From assembly GCA_041659045.1 (NCBI GenBank), contig JBAZZB010000003.1:28212-92211 (forward strand): 64,000 nucleotides of DNA, read 5' to 3'. The DNA comes from Patescibacteria group bacterium. Lineage in GTDB: Bacteria > Patescibacteriota > Patescibacteriia > SG8-24 > DYFX01. Below are positions 44,977 to 53,973 of the stretch, in pieces. Made by a program: the position numbers and the translations under genes. Below the pieces are notes generated by a model. It was not told the origin of the DNA. It was given only the letters and a program-made list of their open reading frames with translations, and did not search any database. Position 1 is the stretch's first letter, and every line of letters starts with the position of its first letter.

Positions 44977-45007
44977 AAGGTGTCCCTTTGGTGTCAGGCA
45001 CGGACAC
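44977..45007 (-). repeat. third, inverted copy of the 31-bp REP-like repeat
   Basis: Reverse complement GTGTCCGTGCCTGACACCAAAGGGACACCTT has 3 mismatches to copy 1. Confidence 0.9.
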
Positions 45008-45039
45008 TTAATACATAGCATGGCTTTACGCTTGGGTAT

Positions 45040-45075
45040 AAAAAACCCCCGACATCACATCGGGGGAGTTTTTTT
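45040..45075. terminator. terminator downstream of hisS
   Basis: AAAAAA-CCCCCGA-CATCACA-TCGGGGG-AGTTTTTTT. Confidence 0.7.
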
Positions 45076-46636
45076 ATTCCTCGTCTTTCTTCTTCTTGTC
45101 CTTATCGTCCCCTTCTTCTTCCTCTTCGTCGACTTTCATCGCTTCTTCCGCGAGGAGCGGTTCTTCCGGTTCCGGCGGCGGGGGCGGGGTGATTTTTGGC
45201 GGGGCGGGTTGGGCGAGCTTTTTCTTGAGCTCGATCGCGCACTTCTTGAAGTCAACGATTTCCTGGATGCCCGAGTCCATGTCGCGGATCAGGGCGGTGC
45301 CGTCGAGCACTTCCTTTTGTCCGAGGATCACGGTGAAGCGGACGCCCATGCGGTTGGCGATTTCAAGCTGTTGCTTGAGCGCATCGCGCGAGAAGCTTTC
45401 GGCTACGCGGACGCCGTCTTTGCGGAGGGCGTTGAAGAGTGCGAGCGTCTTGCGGCGCGCGGGTTCTCCGAGCTGGGCGACGAACACATCCGGCGTGTGG
45501 ATTTCAGGAACCGGAACGCTCTTGTCTTTCAAGGCGAGGATGATGCGCTCGATGCCCCACGAGAAGCCGACAGCCGGCGTGGCGGTGCCTCCGAGCGTTT
45601 CGATCAAGCCGTCGTAGCGTCCGCCCGCGGCGAGCGCAGACTGCGAAGCCTGGGATTCGGAATCGGCAGCAAGCACGACTTCGAAGACGGTGTGGCTGTA
45701 GTAATCCAAACCGCGCACGAGGTGCGGCTGGAGCTGGTACGGCACCTCGAGCTCGTCGAGATACTCGAGGACGCGGATGAAGTGGTTTTTCGATTCTTCG
45801 TTCAAGAAATCGACGATCTGCGGCGCTTCAGCTTTGACCGCGACGCAACCCTCTTCCTTGCAGTCGAGGACGCGCAGCGGATTGCGCTGGAGACGCTTCT
45901 TGCAGTTCTCGCAAATCTGCGAGCGCTTGCTGCGGTAGTAGTTGACCAGCTCGTTCTTGTAGGCCTCGCGCGAAGGAACGTCGCCGATCGAGTTGACCAG
46001 GACGAGCGCGTCGAGTCCGATCTCTTTGAAGAGAGCGTGTGCCGCGAAGATGAGGTTAGCGTCGATGACAGGGTGCTTGTCGCCGAAAACATCGAGGCCG
46101 GCTTGGGTGAACTGGCGGTAGCGGCCGGACTGCGGACGTTCGTGGCGGAAGACGCGGCCCCAGGTGAACCATTTGATTGGTTGCGGCTGGTTCCACATGC
46201 CGTGGTTGACGTAGGCGCGCGCGAGCGGAGCGGTGAGCTCCGGGCGAAGCGTCATTGATTCGCCGCCTTGGTCGACAAACGAATACAATTCTTTTTCAAC
46301 AATGTCCGTTTGCTTGCCGACGCCGCGCACGAAAAGCGCGGTCTCTTCAAGCGTCGGAGTGTCGACGCGTTCAAAACCAAAACCGCTTGCGAGCGATTCG
46401 ACGGCATTGCGAATAAGCGTCCAGAATTTCTGTTCGCCAGGCAAGACGTCTTTCATGCCGCGCAGGAGGTTCGGGGGCGGTGAGGTGCGCTTCGGCTTCG
46501 GGGCCTCGCCCTCGGGTGCCGGAACGGCTGCGACCGGTTTTACGCCGGCGGCGGACACGCCTTTGACGGGCGGGATCATCTTTGCGGGCTTGTCCCCCGT
46601 AGCCTTGGCGGAGGGGGATTTTTTGGTCTTAGGCAT
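45074..46636 (-). CDS. hisS: histidine--tRNA ligase
   Basis: RGMKD, LRPELTA, FRHERPQSGRYRQF, LVRGLDYY, GGRYDGL, GIERI. Confidence 0.98.
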   Translation of the reverse strand: MPKTKKSPSAKATGDKPAKMIPPVKGVSAAGVKPVAAVPAPEGEAPKPKRTSPPPNLLRGMKDVLPGEQKFWTLIRNAVESLASGFGFERVDTPTLEETALFVRGVGKQTDIVEKELYSFVDQGGESMTLRPELTAPLARAYVNHGMWNQPQPIKWFTWGRVFRHERPQSGRYRQFTQAGLDVFGDKHPVIDANLIFAAHALFKEIGLDALVLVNSIGDVPSREAYKNELVNYYRSKRSQICENCKKRLQRNPLRVLDCKEEGCVAVKAEAPQIVDFLNEESKNHFIRVLEYLDELEVPYQLQPHLVRGLDYYSHTVFEVVLAADSESQASQSALAAGGRYDGLIETLGGTATPAVGFSWGIERIILALKDKSVPVPEIHTPDVFVAQLGEPARRKTLALFNALRKDGVRVAESFSRDALKQQLEIANRMGVRFTVILGQKEVLDGTALIRDMDSGIQEIVDFKKCAIELKKKLAQPAPPKITPPPPPEPEEPLLAEEAMKVDEEEEEGDDKDKKKKDEE

Positions 46637-46657
46637 GCGGGCAATTAGTGGTCGTGT

Positions 46658-47272
46658 TTAGGGAGCGCGGAAGAGCGTGACGCGATCGATAGGCCAACCT
46701 CGGATCCAGACGCGGCCGACAATGTTGGTAAGGGGAAGGGGTCCGAAGGTGCGGGAGTCGAGACTGGCAGTGCGATTGTCTCCGAGAACGAAGTACTCGC
46801 CTTCTCCGAGCTTGATGGTGCGATCCCCGCGCGTCGGCACATCCGATGGTAAGTAACTACTTTCGTCGAGGACTTCTCCTTCAGGCGTTGCTTCATTGAA
46901 GAGCACAACATGATCGCCGGTGATCTTCACGGTTTCACCCGGCAAGCCGACAACACGCTTGATGAAGTACTGGCGCGGATCGAGCGGATAGCGGAAGACA
47001 ACGACTTCTCCGCGTTCGGGTGTACGGAATCGATAGCTCAGTTCATCGATGATCAAATACTCGTGATCATCGAAGGTCGGTTCCATCGACGCGCCTTTGA
47101 CGTAGAACGGCTGGATCAAGAAATACCGAATCGGCAAAATGATCGCCAAGGAAATGACGACGATCTCGACCAGTTCAATTGCGAAGCGTCCAACGGCCGC
47201 AAAAAAAGACGGCGTGTCGTCGACTTCTTCGGCGTTGACCGGCGGCTCAGGATTCGGGATGGGATTGTTCAT
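46658..47272 (-). CDS. lepB: signal peptidase I
   Basis: GASMEPT (catalytic Ser), IKRVVGLPGE (catalytic Lys), GDNR..S.DSR. Confidence 0.96.
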   Translation of the reverse strand: MNNPIPNPEPPVNAEEVDDTPSFFAAVGRFAIELVEIVVISLAIILPIRYFLIQPFYVKGASMEPTFDDHEYLIIDELSYRFRTPERGEVVVFRYPLDPRQYFIKRVVGLPGETVKITGDHVVLFNEATPEGEVLDESSYLPSDVPTRGDRTIKLGEGEYFVLGDNRTASLDSRTFGPLPLTNIVGRVWIRGWPIDRVTLFRAP

Positions 47273-47273
47273 A

Positions 47274-47350
47274 TGGTGGACGTTGGTGGATTCGAACCAC
47301 CGACCTCTGTCGTGTGAAGACAGCGCTCTAACCAACTGAGCCAAACGTCC
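47274..47350 (-). tRNA. tRNA-Val (CAC)
   Basis: GGACGTT/AACGTCC acceptor, CTGTC-TTCACAC-GACAG anticodon arm, TTCGAAT T-loop, ACCA end. Confidence 0.96.
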
Positions 47351-47450
47351 GTGGCAGGAGGGTCGAACGGCTGGACAAGCAGCCCCTTTTCCTCTACTAT
47401 ACACGGGTAAAGAGCAGTTTAGCAGGCTTTTCGCCCTTGAGCAAGTCCTC

Positions 47451-48905
47451 ATGAGACCACCGAAGATCAACCTGCTCACTCCCGGCGACGCTCCCCGTCG
47501 ACGTTTTTCGTTTTGGAAGGGCGCTTTGATCACCCTCGCGACCGTCGCGATCCTGATCCCGACGCTCTTTTCCTTGGCGGCGGGACGCCTTATTAGCGCT
47601 GCTTCGAACCTCAACCCGAACGCCAAGGGCAAAGAAAAAGTTTCGATCCTCGACCAGGTGCGTCGACTCGTTGGTAACGGAGAAAAACAGCTCCGCGGCG
47701 AAGAGCGCGATCGCATCAACATCTTGGTGCTCGGCGAAGGCGGCGAAGGCCACGACGGCCCGCACCTGACCGACACGATTCTCTTCGTCACCGTCAAACC
47801 ATCGACGGCAGACGTCGGCATTCTCTCGCTCCCCCGCGACTTGTGGATCCCGTCCTCTGATGGAGGCAGTGTGAAGATCAACGCAATCAACGCCTACGCC
47901 GAAGAAAAGCGCGTCGGCTCTGGCGGCGTGGAAACGACAGAAGCGATTTCTGCCCTCCTCTCGCAACCGATCGACTACTACGTGCGCGTCGACTTCTCCG
48001 CTTTCAAAACATTGATCGACGACGTCGGTGGCGTAACGGTCGACGTCGAACGCACCTTCACCGACTTTGCCTACCCGACCGACAACAGCCTCTACAAGAA
48101 AGTCCATTTCGAAAAAGGCTGGCAAACGATGAATGGCGACACGGCGCTTGAATACGTGCGCTCGCGCCACGGCAACAACAACGAAGGTTCCGACTTTGCC
48201 CGGAGCCGCCGCCAGCAGAAAGTTATCCTGGCACTCAAGGACAAGCTCGTTTCCTTCGACACGCTGCTCAACCCCTCGCGCGTCGCGAGTGTCCTCGAAA
48301 CGCTGCAGTCGCACGTCATCACCGACATGGAGCTCTGGGAGATCGTGAAGCTTGCCAAGGAACTTCGGCACATCGATCCGTCGAGAATCATCCATCACGT
48401 CCTCGACGACAATCCAGAAGGCCCGCTCTACGCAACGACGGTCACTGTCTCAAACGGCGACGCCTACGTGCTCCTGCCTCGCAAGAGCGATTGGAGCGAC
48501 ATCAAGAACATGGCGGAACGCATTCTAGAGCGCCCCGCATCGGAAACGGCGCAAATCGAAGCGCGCGCCGTACGCGTCGAGATTCAAAACGGCACCAAGC
48601 TCCCAGGCCTCGCTAAAAAAACACAGGACCTTCTGACGAAAGTCGGTTACGAGATCGTCTCGATCGGTAACGCCCCGGAGACAAACCGTGAGCGTACGAC
48701 CGTCTACGACCTGACCAACGGCGGATATCCCGAAGAACTGCAGACGATCCGGAACCTCCTCGGCGCCGAAGTCGCGCTCACGCTGCCGGGATATCTTTCC
48801 TCAAGCCTGACGCCTTCGAACATCGCGCTCTCGAACGGCGAACAGCCGAAAGCGCAAGGCGGAGCAGACTTCCTCGTCGTCCTCGGTCAAAATTCCGCAA
48901 ACTAA
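47451..48905 (+). CDS. LCP (LytR-CpsA-Psr) family protein with LytR_C domain
   Basis: NILVLG, TDTI, SLPRD, KINA, YVRSR, DFARSRRQQ, VEIQNGT..GLA. Confidence 0.94.
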   Translation: MRPPKINLLTPGDAPRRRFSFWKGALITLATVAILIPTLFSLAAGRLISAASNLNPNAKGKEKVSILDQVRRLVGNGEKQLRGEERDRINILVLGEGGEGHDGPHLTDTILFVTVKPSTADVGILSLPRDLWIPSSDGGSVKINAINAYAEEKRVGSGGVETTEAISALLSQPIDYYVRVDFSAFKTLIDDVGGVTVDVERTFTDFAYPTDNSLYKKVHFEKGWQTMNGDTALEYVRSRHGNNNEGSDFARSRRQQKVILALKDKLVSFDTLLNPSRVASVLETLQSHVITDMELWEIVKLAKELRHIDPSRIIHHVLDDNPEGPLYATTVTVSNGDAYVLLPRKSDWSDIKNMAERILERPASETAQIEARAVRVEIQNGTKLPGLAKKTQDLLTKVGYEIVSIGNAPETNRERTTVYDLTNGGYPEELQTIRNLLGAEVALTLPGYLSSSLTPSNIALSNGEQPKAQGGADFLVVLGQNSAN

Positions 48906-48906
48906 T

Positions 48907-50280
48907 ATGCCAGTCAACGCCACCGTCCACGCCACGCCTTCGGTCGCCCTCGTGGGCAGGAAGAACGTCGGCAAATCATCGCTCTTCAACCGCTTGATTG
49001 AAAAAGATCAGGCGTTGGTTTCCGACATCCCAGGTACAACTCGCGACGTCGGTATCGGCATGGCGCGCTGGCGCGGTCAGCTTTTGACGCTGCTCGACAC
49101 GGGCGGTCTCGACATCGTGAAGCGCGACCAGATCGAAGTGAACGTCAGGAAGCAAGCGCTTCGCGCCGCGCAGAAGTCGCACTTGATTCTGTTCGTCGCT
49201 GACGCGCTCACCGGCCCTCTTTCAACCGACGTCGTGCTCGCCAAAGAACTGCGCAAGACCGGCAAGCCCGTCATTCTCGTCATCAACAAAGCGGAGAGTG
49301 CCAGCGTCCGCCGCGAAATTGGCAACCAGTGGCGAAAGCTCGGCTTCGGCGAACCGATTGCCGTCTCGGCCGTAAGCGGCATGGGTACGGGCGATTTACT
49401 CGACCGCGTGTTCGTTGAGATCGCAAAAATCGAATTGCCGCTCGATGAAATTGTTCCGGACGCGACCGTCGCCTTGATCGGACGTCCGAACGTCGGCAAG
49501 TCGTCGCTTCTGAACGCTATGATCGGCGAAGACCGCGTCATCGTTTCGGAGGTGCCGCACACGACGCGCGAGCCGCAAGACACGCTTCTCTTTTACAAAG
49601 ACAAACCAATTCTCGTCGTCGACACGGCGGGTATTCGTAAGCGCGCCAACATTGAACGCGGTCTTGAATCCGCGAGCGTCGGCAAGAGCCTCACGGCGAT
49701 CAAGCAAGCCGACGTCGTCCTTCTCGTCATCGACGTACAAGACGGCATCTTGGCGCAGGACAGCCACTTGGCAGGACTCGCCTCCGATTCCGGCAAGGCG
49801 ATCGTGCTGGTTCTCAACAAGTGGGACACTCTCACCACCAAGACGACCAAAACCGGCGACGAAGCGCGCGAGGAAATCTACAATGCGCTCCCCTTCCTCC
49901 GCTGGGCGCCGATGGCGTTTGTCTCCGCCAAAACGGGCATGCGCGTGCACACGCTCCTCGACCTCGTTCTCAAAGCGAAAGTGAACCGCGAACGCGTGCT
50001 GACGGAAGAAGAGCTCGACCGTTTCGTCGCCAAGCGCGTGAAGCCGTATCTCGAGTCGCGCATCTCGCACAAAAAGACGGCGATGGGTGCCAAGCGCAAA
50101 CAGACGTATGTCTACGGCATCCGCCAAACAAGCACGGCGCCGCCGAAGTTCATGATGATCGTGAAAGACAAGAACTTCACCGACCCGACGATCACCAAAT
50201 TCGTCGAGAACCGCCTGCGTGAAGAGTTCGGTCTCGATGGCACGCCGGTCACGGTGAGCTATCGCGAAATCGAGAAGTAA
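48907..50280 (+). CDS. der: ribosome biogenesis GTPase Der (EngA)
   Basis: Two G domains (GRKNVGKS, GRPNVGKS), DTGG/DTAG, NK motifs, C-terminal KH-like domain. Confidence 0.97.
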   Translation: MPVNATVHATPSVALVGRKNVGKSSLFNRLIEKDQALVSDIPGTTRDVGIGMARWRGQLLTLLDTGGLDIVKRDQIEVNVRKQALRAAQKSHLILFVADALTGPLSTDVVLAKELRKTGKPVILVINKAESASVRREIGNQWRKLGFGEPIAVSAVSGMGTGDLLDRVFVEIAKIELPLDEIVPDATVALIGRPNVGKSSLLNAMIGEDRVIVSEVPHTTREPQDTLLFYKDKPILVVDTAGIRKRANIERGLESASVGKSLTAIKQADVVLLVIDVQDGILAQDSHLAGLASDSGKAIVLVLNKWDTLTTKTTKTGDEAREEIYNALPFLRWAPMAFVSAKTGMRVHTLLDLVLKAKVNRERVLTEEELDRFVAKRVKPYLESRISHKKTAMGAKRKQTYVYGIRQTSTAPPKFMMIVKDKNFTDPTITKFVENRLREEFGLDGTPVTVSYREIEK

Positions 50281-50310
50281 AAAAGCCGCCCGAAAGGGCG
50301 TCTTTTTTTT
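50281..50310. terminator. bidirectional terminator
   Basis: CGCCC-GAAA-GGGCG flanked by A and T tracts. Confidence 0.7.
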
Positions 50311-50941
50311 ACCGACAGTGCGTATCGATCACCCGCTTGGTCCGCCGCAGCATTGTGATTTCCACATCATCCATATCCACGCATTGACCCAATGCTTCTT
50401 CAGCCTTCTCCGCAGGCCAGCCGACCAGGTTCCATGCGTAACGGTCGCCATCTGGAGTCGTAAGACGCACTTCGGCCCGTATCGACGCGCCGCCTTTAAC
50501 GCGCGTATGCCGCTCGACGTCGATCTGCGCCGCGCCACGCAGAACGGCTGGACCTTCAATGAGATCGCGAAGAGGATTGAAACTCGCCAACGCGCCAATC
50601 GCCACGCAGACGGCCACGAACAGCCAGGTTCCCGGTCTGCGAAGTCTCGCACCTGTCAAAAGCGCATCGGTCAGGATTGCGAGGCCGAAGAGAAGCGCGC
50701 CGCCGATTTGCCACGCAACCCGCACGACAAGCGCATGCCACCATGTCTCGAGCGTCGGTGAAGAAAAATGCGTGACGAAAAAACCCAGGATGAGACCGGT
50801 AAACCAAAACGTGATCGCCGCGAGCGTCAAAAGGGCCATGCCGATCGGTTCGCCTTTGACGCGATGAGAGGCTGCTGCCCACGTAACGATAAGCGTTACC
50901 GAAAGCGCAATGAACCAAACGATCATCATGGGGAGTGTCAT
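50309..50941 (-). CDS. hypothetical membrane protein (~4 TM plus soluble C-terminal domain)
   Basis: Hydrophobic helices; TACTAT ends 7 nt before ATG 50941 (alternative start 50950). Confidence 0.65.
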   Translation of the reverse strand: MTLPMMIVWFIALSVTLIVTWAAASHRVKGEPIGMALLTLAAITFWFTGLILGFFVTHFSSPTLETWWHALVVRVAWQIGGALLFGLAILTDALLTGARLRRPGTWLFVAVCVAIGALASFNPLRDLIEGPAVLRGAAQIDVERHTRVKGGASIRAEVRLTTPDGDRYAWNLVGWPAEKAEEALGQCVDMDDVEITMLRRTKRVIDTHCR

Positions 50942-51029
50942 GGTGTACATAGTAGCAGGAGCGTTGGCCTTCTGGCGCCGGCAAAGGCCAGCTGTCAAGA
51001 ATACGCACATGCGGTAGAATGAAGCGGCT

Positions 51030-51590
51030 ATGCACCTCATCGTCGGCCTCGGCAACCCGGGCAAGAAATACGAAAAGACTCGACACAACGTCGGTTTCCG
51101 CGTCGTTGATCTTTTGGCAGAGCGCTGGGAATGCGACCACTACGACACTGCCTTCCAAGGCGAGCTGGTAAAATGCTCGGTGCAAGGGAAGAAAATTTTG
51201 CTTCTCAAGCCGCAAACGTACATGAATCTCTCAGGTTCTTCGGTGGCGGCTTGCGCGAAGTATCACAAAATTCCGGCGACGCAGATTTGGATCATCCACG
51301 ATGAGCTCGATCTGCCGATCGGGAACTTGCGCTTGCGAGAAGGCGGTTCATCGGGCGGCCACAACGGCGTGCAGTCGGTCATCGAAGGCCTTGGCACGCG
51401 CGACTTCACGCGCTTCCGCTTGGGTATCAGCCGCCCAACAGGACCAACACCGATTGAAGACTATGTTGTGCAGCCGTTTTCTCCCGACGAACGCGAAGCG
51501 GCGGAAGCGATGATCCTGCGCGCGGCCGATGCCGTCGAAGCATCGCTCAAAGACGGTCCGCTTAAAGCCATGAACATTTTTAACCGCTGA
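51030..51590 (+). CDS. pth: peptidyl-tRNA hydrolase
   Basis: VGLGNPG, TRHNVGF, KPQTYMNLSG, HDELD, GGHNG. Confidence 0.98.
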   Translation: MHLIVGLGNPGKKYEKTRHNVGFRVVDLLAERWECDHYDTAFQGELVKCSVQGKKILLLKPQTYMNLSGSSVAACAKYHKIPATQIWIIHDELDLPIGNLRLREGGSSGGHNGVQSVIEGLGTRDFTRFRLGISRPTGPTPIEDYVVQPFSPDEREAAEAMILRAADAVEASLKDGPLKAMNIFNR

Positions 51591-51591
51591 C

Positions 51592-53025
51592 ATGGCCACG
51601 CACGCCGATCACAGCCTTTGGGAAAAAGAACGCGCTTTTTTGGATCGTGAACGCGCCGAAAAACCCGAACTGTTCAAAGTCGACCCGACGACGCGCGCCG
51701 GCATTTTGGCGTCGATCGGCATCACCGGGCTTCACCCCGATCTGCCGACAGGCTACATCCGCTACTCCCCGCTCGACTTCTTGGTTGAGGAGATTGCGAC
51801 GAAAGACGACACCGTCGAAATCACGGCCGAACCGAAAACCGGACGTTCACATGAAACGGACCGCGGCACGGTCTATGCCGACTTAGTGAAAATCGGCATC
51901 TCGACCATTGATGCGGTGCAGCGCGTTACGGTCGGTCTCGGGCTCCAGCCGGAACAGGTTAAATACGCTGGTATCAAGGACGCCACGGCCGTCACGGCAC
52001 AAAGAATCAGCATCCGCGGTTCGTCACTCGAAGCGATCATGAAGCTCGACGTGCCGAACGTTATTTTGAAAAACATCCGCGAGGGCAAGGGCGCGCTCAC
52101 GACCGGCATGCTCGACGGCAACCGTTTCACGCTCTTCGTGCGCGTGCCATCCAATTTCGACGCGACCGTTTTTTCGAATCGCTTGTCCGACATCAACCAC
52201 TACGGCGTCATCAACTACTACGGCCCGCAGCGTTTCGGCGTACCGCGCCATCTGTCGCACGTTTTCGGACTCCATATTTTGCGCGGCGACTTGGACAGCT
52301 TGCTGCGCACCGTGTTCTACGGCCCGAGCCCGACGGAACTGAAGTACCACGCGCAGATCCGCGCCCGTGTCGGCGAAGCCTACGGCGACTGGAAAGCGAT
52401 GCGCGCCCTGCTCGAGCCGCTCCCCTACAGCTTCCGCCACGAGCTCGCCATGCTCGACGCCATCGAAACGGGTGGAGCCGCCGGTCCTGTACGCGCCGTG
52501 CACGCCGTCGAACAACAAGCGAACCTCTGGGTGCGCGCCTACGCGAGCTATCTCGCCAACCATCTCCTCTCGGACTGGGGCCGCGATCCGCAAAAGATGC
52601 CGGCCACGCTCCCACTTCTTCTTTCAATGGATCCCAAAGCGCGCGATCTCTATCTCCCAACACTCAAAGCGCACGGCACCGACCGCTTCATGGAGAACCT
52701 GCGCCCGTTCCGCTTCATCAACATCGGCCGTAATCCCGAAATCGCCACGCGCGTGTTTCCGAAGATGCGCGGCGTGAAAGTCGTGCCGGAAGGCGTCGCG
52801 ATTTCTTTCGAACTTCCGAAAGCGGCCTACGCCACGACGGTCCTCATGCATCTCTTTGATGCGATCACTGGCTCGCCGATTCCCGAATGGATCAAGCCGC
52901 AAGAAATTGATACCAAAGAATTGCTCGGGCTCGGCTCAATGTCCGAAATACAAAAAACCTTCCGCAAGGAACTCGACCTGGCTAGGGCGATGCGGAATGG
53001 CGAATCCGAAGAATCGGAAGGCTGA
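51592..53025 (+). CDS. truD: tRNA pseudouridine(13) synthase TruD
   Basis: DFLVEEI, YAGIKDATAVTAQ, GNRF, NYYGPQRFG, FELPKAAYAT. Confidence 0.92.
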   Translation: MATHADHSLWEKERAFLDRERAEKPELFKVDPTTRAGILASIGITGLHPDLPTGYIRYSPLDFLVEEIATKDDTVEITAEPKTGRSHETDRGTVYADLVKIGISTIDAVQRVTVGLGLQPEQVKYAGIKDATAVTAQRISIRGSSLEAIMKLDVPNVILKNIREGKGALTTGMLDGNRFTLFVRVPSNFDATVFSNRLSDINHYGVINYYGPQRFGVPRHLSHVFGLHILRGDLDSLLRTVFYGPSPTELKYHAQIRARVGEAYGDWKAMRALLEPLPYSFRHELAMLDAIETGGAAGPVRAVHAVEQQANLWVRAYASYLANHLLSDWGRDPQKMPATLPLLLSMDPKARDLYLPTLKAHGTDRFMENLRPFRFINIGRNPEIATRVFPKMRGVKVVPEGVAISFELPKAAYATTVLMHLFDAITGSPIPEWIKPQEIDTKELLGLGSMSEIQKTFRKELDLARAMRNGESEESEG

Positions 53026-53043
53026 ACATTCCCAGAAAAGTCG

Positions 53044-53068
53044 AAAGCCGCCTGTAGAGGGCGGCTTT
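53044..53068. terminator. bidirectional terminator
   Basis: AAAGCCGCC-TGTAGAG-GGCGGCTTT. Confidence 0.65.
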
Positions 53069-53123
53069 GAGCTGAGAGTGTGTTGTGGGTTGAGAGGGTG
53101 GGTGGTGCGCCGGCGGAGTTGTG

Positions 53124-53792
53124 CTACTCGAGGTTATAGCCCGACGGGTGCGTCGGGTCGAGGCGCAGGACGTAGCCGGTGTTGGCGTTCTTGCCGCTCG
53201 GGATCTGGCCGGAGAAGCCGTTCAGCGTATCGAGGCGCCACGGGGTGCCGTCGGCGGTCATCTTGGGGTTCGCCCAGTGGAAGAAGCCGTCGACGTACAC
53301 GGTGGTCAGGAAGTCCCGAACGTGGTCGGACATCTCGATCTCCGTGCCCTCGAGGCTGAAGACGAACTCCAGCGTCGGATCGGGCGCGCGGCGGTTCGGC
53401 TGCGCCTTCTTCTGCCGCCAGCGGCCGGCGACGTACTTGTAGCCCGAGGTCTTCAGGTCCTCGAGGAGCTGTCCCAGGCGGACGCGCGCCTCGTTGCTGT
53501 AGACCGGCTGGCCGTTGTGCACGTGGCCCTGCTTGTCGCAGAACGTCTGGGCGTCGATGCCGAATCGCTCGGCGGTGGCCTGGTGCTCCTCGAGCTTCTC
53601 GGTGCGCGTGCCGACGTATTCGGCCTCGGGCAGCCCGAGCTTGTTCTTGCTGTTGATCTTGATGATGACCACCTTGGGCGCACCCAAGGTGAAGACGATC
53701 TCGCGGGCGGCCGCGTCCTCCTTGAAGGCCTGGGCGTGGACGTCGGGCTCGAGCATGCGGGGCTTGCGGTCGGTGCGGTCGGTGTTCTTCAC
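53124..53792 (-). CDS. hypothetical protein
   Basis: GTG start after AAGGAGG; promoter TTGACA-N17-TAGACT (53888-53916); very GC3-rich codons. Confidence 0.75.
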   Translation of the reverse strand: MKNTDRTDRKPRMLEPDVHAQAFKEDAAAREIVFTLGAPKVVIIKINSKNKLGLPEAEYVGTRTEKLEEHQATAERFGIDAQTFCDKQGHVHNGQPVYSNEARVRLGQLLEDLKTSGYKYVAGRWRQKKAQPNRRAPDPTLEFVFSLEGTEIEMSDHVRDFLTTVYVDGFFHWANPKMTADGTPWRLDTLNGFSGQIPSGKNANTGYVLRLDPTHPSGYNLE

Positions 53793-53973
53793 GATGGCCT
53801 CCTTGGCCTTGATGGGTGGGCTTGTGGCCCTGTTTGTGGGCTTTCGGCCCGGAAATGAGCGGTTGCGGACTGACGAACTCTGGAAGCAGTCTAGCACAAA
53901 ACAGCTGTTTTGTCAATACTATATAACAAAAAGACCAGGCATTCAGAATGCCTGGTACAAGCCTGTGGTAGGC

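Noticed and set aside
47273-47890. N-terminal extension of the 410-aa lepB ORF
   Set aside because: It runs through tRNA-Val and the divergent LCP gene; the real start is most likely 47272.
53913-53930. Possible NrdR box (AATACTATATAACAA)
   Set aside because: Poor match to the consensus, single copy, and no ribonucleotide reductase gene nearby.
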